NCBI GenBank assembly: GCA_965215265.1
Contig: OZ244048.1
Span: forward strand, 3,392,001 to 3,456,000
Origin: Candidatus Poribacteria bacterium
GTDB lineage: Bacteria; Poribacteria; WGA-4E; WGA-3G
Reading direction: 5' to 3'
Length of the DNA: 64,000 nt
The position numbers were made by a program, and so were the translations under genes. Below the pieces are notes generated by a model that made no database searches, was not told the DNA's origin, and was given only the letters and a program-made list of their open reading frames with translations. This document shows, in pieces, positions 28,136 to 37,900 of the stretch (within the stretch, counting starts at the first letter, position 1; every line of letters begins with the position of its first letter).

Positions 28136-29493
28136 AATTTCCTCCAAAAGGCACTCGCAATATACCCGCAAATCGGATAAGAGAGCAATGCCGTAGACCA
28201 GGCGATGCCTTCTAATCCCCACCACTGCATGAAGAGCCAATTAAGAACCGGATTGAGTACAAGTCTGATGAGTGTTGCAACCACAATGGTCGCGTGGTTT
28301 TGACGCGCCAGATGCGCACGGATTAGCAACCGGCTCAGCAAACGTGGAAGCATCCCTATCAAGTAGATGCCTAGTAGACTGGCGATATGCTGTAACCCTG
28401 CCTCGGACAATTCACCGTGCCCGTACAAAAGGTTGACGATAGGCCCACGAAATACGTAGAATGCGAGTAAAAACGGCACCATCAGGATGAGTGTGCCGAC
28501 AATGCTACGACAGATGCTCTGTTTGAGTTGTGATGCCTTATTGGAAGTAGAATGATGGCATTCCATCTCTGACTGTTTCGTGGTGGCGAACTGAGCCCAA
28601 TGCGATAAAAATACGGGTAACGTCACACCTGTCAAGGTCTCCGGAATCGAACATAGACGGAGCGCGTAGTCCAACTTAGAGACTGAGCTCACCCTTAGCA
28701 GACTCGCCATCCCCCTATCGACAACAGGGTTGATTCCATCAGAAATCGCGGCTGCCATCATCAGGAAACATTGGCGTGCGAACTGTTTGGTTTGTGGGGT
28801 GTGGTGCCAGTGGCTGCTGAGCCGTCTTGGTTTAAGCAGTTCACCTAATGCCAGATTAAGCATAGCACAACATCGCTGAAATAAGATGATCACTTGGAAC
28901 AATTCACCGATAATCAGCGCAATCGGGATACAAAACAAGCTGAGAGATGATTTACATAGGTAAATCGTAGCGAGTACAAGGAGTGCACGCAGCGCTTGTA
29001 CAATCAACGGTAAATGAAATGCCTGATAGGTATCTAAAATCGCTTTAAGCATCCAGCGAATTGCAGAAACGAGGGTGAAACATGCAAAGCACGCCACGAT
29101 GGCGATTTCTGTGGAAAATGACAATTCGGTATCCGGGAAAAACCGTTCAGAGATTATCCATGAAACACCTATCAGAACACAGCAGCACACCGGCATTGCT
29201 ATGATATAGAGGGAGAAGATGGCTTGGATACACTGTTGTGCGTCGTTTTCGCTTTTGGCCCTTGCTTCTGCCAATACTGGAACGAGGACTGAGTAAGCAG
29301 AAGCGGCACTGAGCAACTCGATCAGAAAGGCAGCGATGCCCCAATAATAGTAGATAAAATCGGTGCTCGCAATCGCACCGAACCAATTGGCGAGAAAGGC
29401 ATAGATAAGAAACGTTCCGGCGCGCCCAAGCAGACTGAGCGGTGTAACGCTTAGCAGGTTTTTGAAGAGAGGGGTACGGCTCAGTACTGCCAT
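28132..29493 (-). CDS. MurJ/MviN-like flippase (MOP superfamily)
   Basis: Many TM segments, VDRGMASLL..SKLDYA, LLYGHGEL, GLEGIAW. Confidence 0.8.
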   Translation of the reverse strand: MAVLSRTPLFKNLLSVTPLSLLGRAGTFLIYAFLANWFGAIASTDFIYYYWGIAAFLIELLSAASAYSVLVPVLAEARAKSENDAQQCIQAIFSLYIIAMPVCCCVLIGVSWIISERFFPDTELSFSTEIAIVACFACFTLVSAIRWMLKAILDTYQAFHLPLIVQALRALLVLATIYLCKSSLSLFCIPIALIIGELFQVIILFQRCCAMLNLALGELLKPRRLSSHWHHTPQTKQFARQCFLMMAAAISDGINPVVDRGMASLLRVSSVSKLDYALRLCSIPETLTGVTLPVFLSHWAQFATTKQSEMECHHSTSNKASQLKQSICRSIVGTLILMVPFLLAFYVFRGPIVNLLYGHGELSEAGLQHIASLLGIYLIGMLPRLLSRLLIRAHLARQNHATIVVATLIRLVLNPVLNWLFMQWWGLEGIAWSTALLSYPICGYIASAFWRKF

Positions 29494-29563
29494 GCTCGAT
29501 GTTGTTTTGACTGCATATTAAGAAATGTATCACGAGAAATGAATCTGATATCATCCCCTCTGA

Positions 29564-29592
29564 AGTATAGCAAATTTCAGGAGGTTTGTCAA
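29564..29592 (-). promoter_or_regulatory. Sigma70-type promoter
   Basis: TTGACA-N17-TATACT on the minus strand. Confidence 0.7.
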
Positions 29593-29695
29593 CTAACTAA
29601 TTTCCTCTTGTTGATTTCGGCATGATGTGATATGATATTTCCTAAGGCACCATACTAAAATAGCCATGAGCGGCCTCGACAAGGAGTGAATAGAG

Positions 29696-30523
29696 ATGAA
29701 ACACGAACTAACTTCGGAACAAATTGATTTTTATCGGGAAAACGGATTTCTGGTTATTGAAAATTTTTTGGATGCAGAGGAGCTTGCCGAATGGCAAAGG
29801 TGTACCGATGCAGCCGTTGAGGAGCGGTTAGGAGGCTCCGTTGAGTTTATGACAAACCAGATGGATCCGAATCAGTTTTATGCACGCGTCTTTACGCAGT
29901 GTCTGCGCTTAGCAGATACACACGCCGGCATGCGGAAGCTCATCCATGATGCGTGCCTCGGTAGGATGGCGACAGAATTGGCAGGCGTTGACGGTATACG
30001 GATTTGGCACGATCAGGCGTTGATTAAACCACCGCATGGAAACCCAACGGCGTGGCATCTTGATGTGCCATACTGGTCGTTTGACTCGCGGGATACGCTA
30101 TCATTTTGGATGGCGTTGGATGATGCAACGTTAGCGAACGGCTGTATGTGGTATCTGCCCGGTACTCACAAAACCGCACGTTTTGATAACGTTGGGATTG
30201 GTGTGAATATCGGTGAGCTGTTTAACGTGTATCCAGAATGGAAACAGATTGAGCCGGAAGCTGCCCCTTGCACTGCCGGTTCGCTTGTCTGGCATAACGG
30301 CTTAACGGCACACGGTGCGGGCGCGAACATGACCATTTTACATCGCCGTGCAATGACGTGTGGCTTTATGCCTGACGGAAGCACCTTCAATGGAAAGAGA
30401 AACATACTGCCTGAGGACTATTTTGAGTCCCTCAAAATCGGAGACATACTAGATAATAATACACAGAACCCGCTCGTCTGGCACAACGATTGGATGGGTA
30501 AAGGAGAAATGCATGGGAACTAA
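29696..30523 (+). CDS. Phytanoyl-CoA dioxygenase (PhyH) family protein
   Basis: FYRENGFL, WHLD, WMALDDAT..NGC..PGTH, HGAGAN. Confidence 0.92.
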   Translation: MKHELTSEQIDFYRENGFLVIENFLDAEELAEWQRCTDAAVEERLGGSVEFMTNQMDPNQFYARVFTQCLRLADTHAGMRKLIHDACLGRMATELAGVDGIRIWHDQALIKPPHGNPTAWHLDVPYWSFDSRDTLSFWMALDDATLANGCMWYLPGTHKTARFDNVGIGVNIGELFNVYPEWKQIEPEAAPCTAGSLVWHNGLTAHGAGANMTILHRRAMTCGFMPDGSTFNGKRNILPEDYFESLKIGDILDNNTQNPLVWHNDWMGKGEMHGN

Positions 30524-31910
30524 GAAGCCGAATATCGTGTTAATGGGAGTTGACTCGCTCTTGGCGACGCACATGAGTTGCTACGGGTATCATCGCTTAA
30601 CGACACCACACATTGATAGGTTTGCAGAAGGTGGAACGCTCTTTGAGAGAACCTATAGTGCACACATTCCGACGACAAGCGCGTACGCCTCTATGCTAAC
30701 CGGTTTAGATACGTTCAGTACACAGGTTGTAGCACTCCGACATCAGGGACCGCTTCGGGAGGAAGTGAAAACGTTAGCGGAGATTCTCGGAGAGTCCGGC
30801 TACAATACGACATGTGTCGGGTTCAGTGGTCCGAGCGCGCGTGGTTTTGATAGTTACCTCAACTTTGAAGGATGGGGTGGTGATGAAACCGGCCGTGCCC
30901 CTAAGGCCCAGAACCTCAATAACGTGACGATCCCCGAATTAAATCGACTTGTGGACGAAAGCGATGACAAACCGTTTTTCTTATTTCTCCGGCACATGGA
31001 TCCGCACTCCCCCTATCTACCCCCGGCACCCTACGAGCGGATGTTCTACCACGGCGATGAGTGCGACCTCGGCAACCCCTCGATGGAACAGGTCATGGCA
31101 TTTAAGCCGTTTTGTGATTATTTTGCATCTTGGATGCCCCCGGGTATTACTGATAAGGATTACGTTATCGCGCAGTATGACGGTGCCATCGCTTATATGG
31201 ATGCTTGCATTCAGACGCTCTTTAACGTACTTGAGGCACGCGATGTCATGGATGAGACCATTATCGTTATCAACGGCGACCACGGCGAAACGCTCTATGA
31301 CCATGAATGCTGGTTCGATCATCACGGGCTCTATGATGTGACACTACACGTCCCACTCATTATCCGCTATCCAGGACGCATACCTGCTGGGACACGTGTT
31401 TCGGGCTATAACCAGCACAAAGATTTAGTCCCTACACTTCTTGAATTAGCAGACGTGGAGAGCGGCATTAGATTTGATGGCAGCAGTCTTATGAAGATGA
31501 TAACAGGGGAGGTTCCTTCATTTGACAGTGAATTTTACATCACGGAATGTACCTGGATGCGGAAACATGGATGGCGTACCCCGGAGTGGAAACTCATCGT
31601 TGCTCTCGAACCGGACTTCCATTTCAAGCCGCCCGTTGAATTATATAACTTAATCCAAGACCCGGATGAAAATAACAATCTGGTTGCCAGTCATCCTGAC
31701 ATCGTCAACGTGTTAGAAACTCGGATGAAAAATTGGATCTCTCAGCGGGAGCAGGAGACGGGCCTGACGAACCCAATTATGACACAAGGCGATTGGCACG
31801 GGCACAAAGGTGTGGGTCCTTTTAAGACATCGGAACAGGCGTATAATACGATGCACATCGGGAATCCGGGTGAGGCAGCGAGGCTGCAAGCCAAGTCTCG
31901 TAGTGAATAG
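30513..31910 (+). CDS. Sulfatase-like alkaline phosphatase superfamily hydrolase with non-canonical nucleophile motif
   Basis: PNIVL..DSL, DPHSPY, GDHGE; PTTSAYASMLTG in place of CxPxR. Confidence 0.85.
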   Translation: MGTKKPNIVLMGVDSLLATHMSCYGYHRLTTPHIDRFAEGGTLFERTYSAHIPTTSAYASMLTGLDTFSTQVVALRHQGPLREEVKTLAEILGESGYNTTCVGFSGPSARGFDSYLNFEGWGGDETGRAPKAQNLNNVTIPELNRLVDESDDKPFFLFLRHMDPHSPYLPPAPYERMFYHGDECDLGNPSMEQVMAFKPFCDYFASWMPPGITDKDYVIAQYDGAIAYMDACIQTLFNVLEARDVMDETIIVINGDHGETLYDHECWFDHHGLYDVTLHVPLIIRYPGRIPAGTRVSGYNQHKDLVPTLLELADVESGIRFDGSSLMKMITGEVPSFDSEFYITECTWMRKHGWRTPEWKLIVALEPDFHFKPPVELYNLIQDPDENNNLVASHPDIVNVLETRMKNWISQREQETGLTNPIMTQGDWHGHKGVGPFKTSEQAYNTMHIGNPGEAARLQAKSRSE

Positions 31911-31962
31911 CCGTTGTCAACTTTTGGCGAAGCTGCCGCGCGGGAAGTCCGTGCTCCCGCGC

Positions 31963-33417
31963 TTACCCCTTCACTACGCCAATGGGCCGGAGGCGCGCAA
32001 CGCGCCTTGAGAGCCCCGCTTTATCAACCACCCGTACGACCTCATCCACGTCTTTGTAAGCTTCTGAAACCTCTTCTTGCAGTGTCCGTCTGCCTTCTGC
32101 ACGTACGAAGATGCCTTGTGCTTCCAGGTCTGCCCGGATAGAGCGGCCTTTCGTGAGGGCGATTGCCCGTCTGCGCGAGAGGACTCTCCCTGCACCGTGG
32201 CATGTCGTCCCCCACGTCTCTGCCATCGCGCCTGGATTGCCGACCAACACATAAGAGGCTGTCCCCATATCACCAGGAATCAGTACCGGTTGTCCGACTT
32301 TCTGATATTTTTGCGGAATCTCCGGATGCCCTGCGGGGAAGGCACGGGTCGCACCTTTTCTATGGACAAAAAGCTCGCGTTCTTTGCCGTCAACCATGTG
32401 TTTTTCAAACTTACCGATGTTATGTGCAACATCGTAGACGAGCTCTAAGCCGAGCTCATCTTCGGTTGTTTCAAAAAACTGCATGAAAGTCTGGCGGACC
32501 CAGTGCATAATGCATTGTCTATTGTTCCACGCGTAGTTTGCACCACATGCCATCGCCGTAATGTAATCCTGTCCCTCCTTTGAATTAATGGGTGCCGAGG
32601 CAAGTTGCCGGTCAGGGAGGTTAATCCCGTATCTTTCTGCGACTTTAACCCAACTCTTGACGTGCTCGTCGCAAATCTGGTAGCCGAACCCGCGCGAACC
32701 AGTGTGGATCATGACGCAGACGTTCCCCTCAGTGAGCCCCATCACTTCGGCAGCTTCGCGGTAAAAGATTCGATCAACAACTTGAATTTCGAGGAAATGG
32801 TTGCCGGAACCGAGGGTTCCGAGTTGATTTTTTCCTCTCTGGAGGGCCCGTTGACTTGCAGCATCGGAATTCGCGCCTTGCAGGAAGCCTGTGGCTTCTG
32901 TAAATTGAAGGTCGTGTGGATGGCCGTACTCTCGCTCAATTGCCCAGCGCGCGCCTTTTTCCAACATCTCCCGTTCTTCTCCGATAGAGAGTCGAATCTG
33001 GCCGGTGGAACCGACACCACATGGGACATTTTCAAATAACTTACTGACAAGTGCCTTCGTTTTGCCTGCTAGTTGTTTTGCATCCAGGTTTGTTCGGACT
33101 AACCTCACACCGCAATTAATATCGTATCCGATGCCGCCCGGGGATACGACACCGTCGGCTTTCGGATCTGTGGCTGCGACACCACCGATGACGAAACCGT
33201 AGCCCCAATGCAGATCGGGCATCGCCAGTGAATGTTTGACAATACCGGGGAGATGCGCGACGTTTGCAACCTGCTGCAGTGCCTCGTCGCTTTTTGCCTG
33301 TTCAAGGAGTTTCTCATTGGCGTATATAATGCCGTCTACGCGCATACCTTTCATATAACTTTTCGGGATGCGCCAACGGTATTCATCCAGTTTTTGAAGG
33401 GTTATGTTGTATTCCAT
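31963..33417 (-). CDS. rtcB: RNA-splicing/repair ligase RtcB
   Basis: MPDLHWGYG, DINCG, GSGNHF, HRKGATR, PGDMG, HGAGR. Confidence 0.96.
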   Translation of the reverse strand: MEYNITLQKLDEYRWRIPKSYMKGMRVDGIIYANEKLLEQAKSDEALQQVANVAHLPGIVKHSLAMPDLHWGYGFVIGGVAATDPKADGVVSPGGIGYDINCGVRLVRTNLDAKQLAGKTKALVSKLFENVPCGVGSTGQIRLSIGEEREMLEKGARWAIEREYGHPHDLQFTEATGFLQGANSDAASQRALQRGKNQLGTLGSGNHFLEIQVVDRIFYREAAEVMGLTEGNVCVMIHTGSRGFGYQICDEHVKSWVKVAERYGINLPDRQLASAPINSKEGQDYITAMACGANYAWNNRQCIMHWVRQTFMQFFETTEDELGLELVYDVAHNIGKFEKHMVDGKERELFVHRKGATRAFPAGHPEIPQKYQKVGQPVLIPGDMGTASYVLVGNPGAMAETWGTTCHGAGRVLSRRRAIALTKGRSIRADLEAQGIFVRAEGRRTLQEEVSEAYKDVDEVVRVVDKAGLSRRVARLRPIGVVKG

Positions 33418-33459
33418 AATAACTCTCTATTTTACATGGTTCAGATGGTTGATTGATTT

Positions 33460-33735
33460 CTAATGCGGTGTTTCGTCTGATTGGGTTAATAATTTGATGA
33501 GTTCTGCTTTGGTTTCGGCGTCTAAGGCGCGTAAATCTTCTGAGCTAAGCCCAGCCAGTCGTTCTTCCAGTTTCATGCCCTGAAGCCTTTCTTCCAATGT
33601 CATGCTCTGCAGCTGTTCTTCCGGTGTGATGCCCTGGAGCCGTTCTTCTAGTGTCATTTTTTTGAGCAAATCGGGCCCCATGACATCAATAATCCGCCGG
33701 AGCTGTTTATCGTATAAATTCTCTCTTTTTGCCAT
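33460..33735 (-). CDS. Stand-alone duplicate of the Rpn-like C-terminal repeat domain (candidate orphan antitoxin, 91 aa)
   Basis: GGAGGT (33743-33748), 7 nt, ATG 33735; near-identical to the tail of the upstream gene with one extra 9-aa repeat. Confidence 0.65.
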   Translation of the reverse strand: MAKRENLYDKQLRRIIDVMGPDLLKKMTLEERLQGITPEEQLQSMTLEERLQGMKLEERLAGLSSEDLRALDAETKAELIKLLTQSDETPH

Positions 33736-34332
33736 TTTGAAGACCTCCATTGTGATTTCTGGCGCTACCCGCGCCGCATAGGAGAGGTAAGCCAGATTAT
33801 CCTCGCCGATGAGTTGCTCGACAAACTGGTAAAACTTCCGTTTGGACGAGGCAAAGAGCAGCAGGGGGTAATTTTTCGCCACCAGTTCCAATTCATTACC
33901 CGCAAAATTCAGGGAGTTTTTAATGTGGTGTTTCGTCTCATTGGGTTAACAACTTCAGGAGTTCTGCTTTGGTTTCGGTGTCTAAGGCGCGTAAATCTTC
34001 TGAGCTAAGCCCAGCCAGTCGTTCTTCCGGTGTGATGCCTTGGAGCCGTTCTTCCGGTGTGATGCCCTGGAGCCGTTCTTCTAGTGTCATTTTTTTGAGC
34101 AAATCGGGCCCCATGACATCAATAATCCGCCGGAGCTGTTTATCGTATAAATTCTCTCTTTTTGCCATTTTGAAGACCTCCATTGTGATTTCTGGCGCTA
34201 CCCGCGCCGCATAGGAGAGGTAAGCCAGATTATCCTCGCCGATGAGCTGCTCGACAAACGGGTAAAACTTCCGTTTGGACGAGGCAAAGAGCAGCAGGGG
34301 GTAATTTTTCGCTACCAGTTCCAATTCGTTAC
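33461..34332 (-). repeat. Tandem duplication of the 3' part of the Rpn-like gene
   Basis: 33461-33899 versus 33921-34332; the 27-bp length difference equals one repeat unit. Confidence 0.95.
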
Positions 34333-34792
34333 ACACAAATAGGTTCACAGGCAATAAGTCCGTGCTTTGATAATGCCCGATACCTACGGAGTCCCACTTC
34401 ACATCAGATGGGCAGCGGCTCAACACGTTTCTGGGTTGACGCGCGGAGACGATTGTCACCGTCATGTCAGCTGCCGAGATTTTCTGCTCGGCCAGGTAGA
34501 GGTGGCTGCGCCCACGAATGAGGTGGTATCCGTCTCGTGTGAGAGCATCGGCTTTGCCTTTGAATTCAATCTGATTGTAGCGGCTGAAATAGTTGAAAGC
34601 GGTTTGTGTCTGAACTCTCTCACGCTGTTGAGCGGTTTCCAAGACGAGCAGCGCATCGATGGTGCGTGGGAGCCGGCTCACCTCCACTTGTGTTTGGATA
34701 GGGATGGCGAGTTGCCCGAAGTTCACTGTCAAAACTTCTTTGAAGACAGGGTCAAGAAAATTGCGTTCGCTTGTTGGGTTATCAGTCGCCAT
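33938..34792 (-). CDS. Rpn-like PD-(D/E)xK nuclease with 9-aa C-terminal repeats
   Basis: DPVFKEVL, RTID, IEFK; xTxEERLxG repeats; AAAGGTG before ATG 34792. Confidence 0.75.
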   Translation of the reverse strand: MATDNPTSERNFLDPVFKEVLTVNFGQLAIPIQTQVEVSRLPRTIDALLVLETAQQRERVQTQTAFNYFSRYNQIEFKGKADALTRDGYHLIRGRSHLYLAEQKISAADMTVTIVSARQPRNVLSRCPSDVKWDSVGIGHYQSTDLLPVNLFVCNELELVAKNYPLLLFASSKRKFYPFVEQLIGEDNLAYLSYAARVAPEITMEVFKMAKRENLYDKQLRRIIDVMGPDLLKKMTLEERLQGITPEERLQGITPEERLAGLSSEDLRALDTETKAELLKLLTQ

Positions 34793-34848
34793 TACACCTT
34801 TACACCTTTCCATCTCTACAATCTGATAGTGCGTAACTGCTTTGTGTT

Positions 34849-34877
34849 ATTATATCGTATTTTGGCGCAAATTGCAA
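34849..34877 (-). promoter_or_regulatory. Sigma70-type promoter of the Rpn-like gene
   Basis: TTGCAA-N17-TATAAT on the minus strand. Confidence 0.6.
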
Positions 34878-34977
34878 GCAAAATCCGGGGTGAGGTGTGG
34901 TAGCATTCAGCACGAAACCTATGCGCAAGCCGCCTCGCACTTTCTATTTACCTTGGCATAACAGCAGCCTCTCCTTT

Positions 34978-37900
34978 TTATGAAGGCTGTCCACTCTCAT
35001 CATCAGATTCAGGCATTACCTGATGAGGTAAGCGCTCAATGATTCTGGTTGATTGGACGCTGATGTAAACGATGCGCTCTATGGCTGTTATCAGGTCTCG
35101 TGGATGCTCGAACCAGCCGTTGGCATCGTTGATGATGCCACTCTCCTTGTCCTGCTTGATGCGATACCTGTCTATAAACCACTCCAAGGGGGTTCTGCCG
35201 TTGACCAGGTAACGATGCGCTTCTTCCGGGATACCGGTCAATTGGACGTGTTCGTTGAGCATCAGCGTTGTTTTCTGCGGCTTATCGGCAAATCGCATGG
35301 CCCGGGTGCCGAGCCGAAAATGCTGCGGTTGCGGCACGCCCTGCTGTGCGAAAATAAGTTCCAACGGAATGCGTTCACCCGTCTCGTAACTGAGGTGGAG
35401 TTCGGCGAGTCTGGAGCCCGCTTCCGCGAAGGCGTGGAAATCGGGTGCAAACGGGATGCGTGGTAACATCTTGGACAAATCGTTGGCGAATTGTTCCCGG
35501 TAACTGGGTGCGTGCAGTACACCGTAAACGTAGTCGAAGATGTCGTCTTTGCTGATGGTGTCGTCCCTGTAATGTTCACGGAAGGCAAGTAGTGCGGTGT
35601 CTGAGATATTGTCAATCCGTTTGGGTGAATCGTCAACAGAGAGAAATGAGTCAGACGCGTCTGGTTTATCCGAAGGTTTCGGATATTGCCACCGCGGGAA
35701 GCATTGGCACGCTTCATTAAAGCCGAGATCCGGCAGGGTATCAGTAATAAGCGCGGAAAACGATTTTTTTGAACCGATGCCGGGGACACATATCACTCGG
35801 TTTTCGCTGGAACTGTCTGGGAAAATCTGGTGCATCTGGTACCGCCTCTGTATGAACGTGTAATCTGTGTAACAATTTGTGGCAATGAAAGGTCGGTACA
35901 CAACCTTTTGGATATAACTCTCATTAAATGCGGTTTTTCTCCTCCGCCTTAGGTCGTTCTCAAGATCTGTATTCCACTTAATATTTGTGGCGTAGCGGTT
36001 GACGACCTCCGCTATTGTTAATTCCGGGTTTTCTTCAAGTTTAGAGAGTGCGGCGAGGTAGTCTTGCGTCATCTGTCTTGCATTTTCAGCACATGCCTCG
36101 CGTGAGAAATTATAGATATATGCGTCTCTACTTGTGGCCAAACCTTGCGAATATAACTTAAATATCGCATCGTCTGCTTTTCCTGCTTTTGCCTGCTTTG
36201 TCCCCATCGGATAAAATTTACTAAACGCTTCACTGCGCTGCTCAATCCAATCGTGGTGGGCGTTAGGCGTAATTATCTGCCAATCGTTGAACCCTTTTAT
36301 AGATACTGCCTCGCGGAGTGCATCCAGTTTTTCCTCGCGGGTGAGATAATCGCCGATGTCACGGTAGTGGATGCGGCATCCGTCATGGGAGGCGTTTGGG
36401 TTTTTGACAAGGATTGTAATAGCAACAGGGGCCCGTGAGCCTTGACCGAACACGTTATCTCCTTCAGCACGTCTCCGTTCCCCGGATGTTCTCGCATTCC
36501 CTCGTAGGTTTAGGACGTGGATGGAGCTGAACTCCTCCACTAAACAGGCGCGGATGCCTGCATCGGCGTTTCCGTCAATCCATGAGCCGTTGGTGACGAA
36601 GGCGATAACGCCTTCATCCAGCCTATCAGATGCCCAGCGGATTGCTAACTTGTATGTGTCGTATAGACTGTTTTTTAGTGTTGCGGTAGAACGTTCTGCG
36701 TAAGTCTCTCTGACACGGTTTTCAAGTTCGGGATAATCAATGTTGGGGTTGTCGTCGGCTGCGCTCCGCTGTCCTACGGACCAGGGTGGATTGCCGACGA
36801 TGACCTGGATTGGGAGTTGCTGTTGCCGTTCGGCACGTTCGTTGTTGTCGGGCAGCCACTCCTTCGGGAAAAGGGTGGGAGCTTCTTCCTTGTTCAGGTT
36901 GAACGTATCCGTCAGCACGATGCCCTTAAAGGGTTCGTAGGGGCTGTCTTCTCCGTGCCGGCCACGGAACGCTTCTTCTATATTCACGGCGGCGATGTAG
37001 TAGGCGAGCAGCACGATTTCATTGGCGTGGAGTTCCTCCCGGAACTTGCGCCCCACATCGTCCGGGTGGATAAGCCCAGATTGTAACAGTCGGACGGGAA
37101 AGATGCCGGTGCCCGTAAACGCATCCAGCAGATGCACTCCTTCATCGCTGAGGCATCGGCCAAATTCATCTCGCAACACCTCCTCGGCACTGTGCAGAAT
37201 GAAGTCTACAACTTCAATCGGTGTGTAGACGATACCGAGGCGTTGTGCGTCTTTCTCCAAGGCAGTGGCGAAGAATTTCTCGTAAAGTTCCAACAGAACG
37301 CGTTGTTTGCCTTCGCTGTTGTCTATACCGCGTGCACGGAGTTGGACGCTCTCGTAGAAACGGGCTAAATCGCGTGTTTCGTCCTCCAATCCGAATTCTG
37401 AGAAATCGGCTTGAAGGGCGTTCAGGGCCCTCGAGACAGGGTTGCTGGCGGCGAAGTCGTAATGTTCAAAGAGTGCTTCAAAAACAGGGCGTGTCAAGAT
37501 GTGCTGTGCCATCATCTCTATGGCGTTGCTCCGGGTGATTGAGGCGTTTATTGAACTTTGCAATTCTGTATGGAACGCGTCGAACCATTCACGCAGTGCC
37601 TCATTTTCGAGGGTATTGAGTAAGCCTTCAATTCTTGCGGTGACTCGCAAAAAAATATCGGCGACATCCTTTGCCCAGCTCTCCCAGTATTTTCTGTCTC
37701 CGCAGTTCTCAACGATTTTGGCGCAGATGGCATCGGCGGGAATCTCCAGGGGCAAAAAGAGTTGTTGCGCGTTTAAGGCAGCCGGGGTGTCCGTGCCATC
37801 TCCATCAAGGTTATATCCGGTGAAGATTATCCGAGGGGTGGGGGTGTTGTTGAGGTCTATTCTGTTGATTTCGGCGTTGAGCCTGTCGTCGTGTGAGCGG

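Noticed and set aside
33736-33891. 143-aa ORF start at 33891
   Set aside because: TTG without RBS at the duplication edge; the SD-linked ATG 33735 is better supported.
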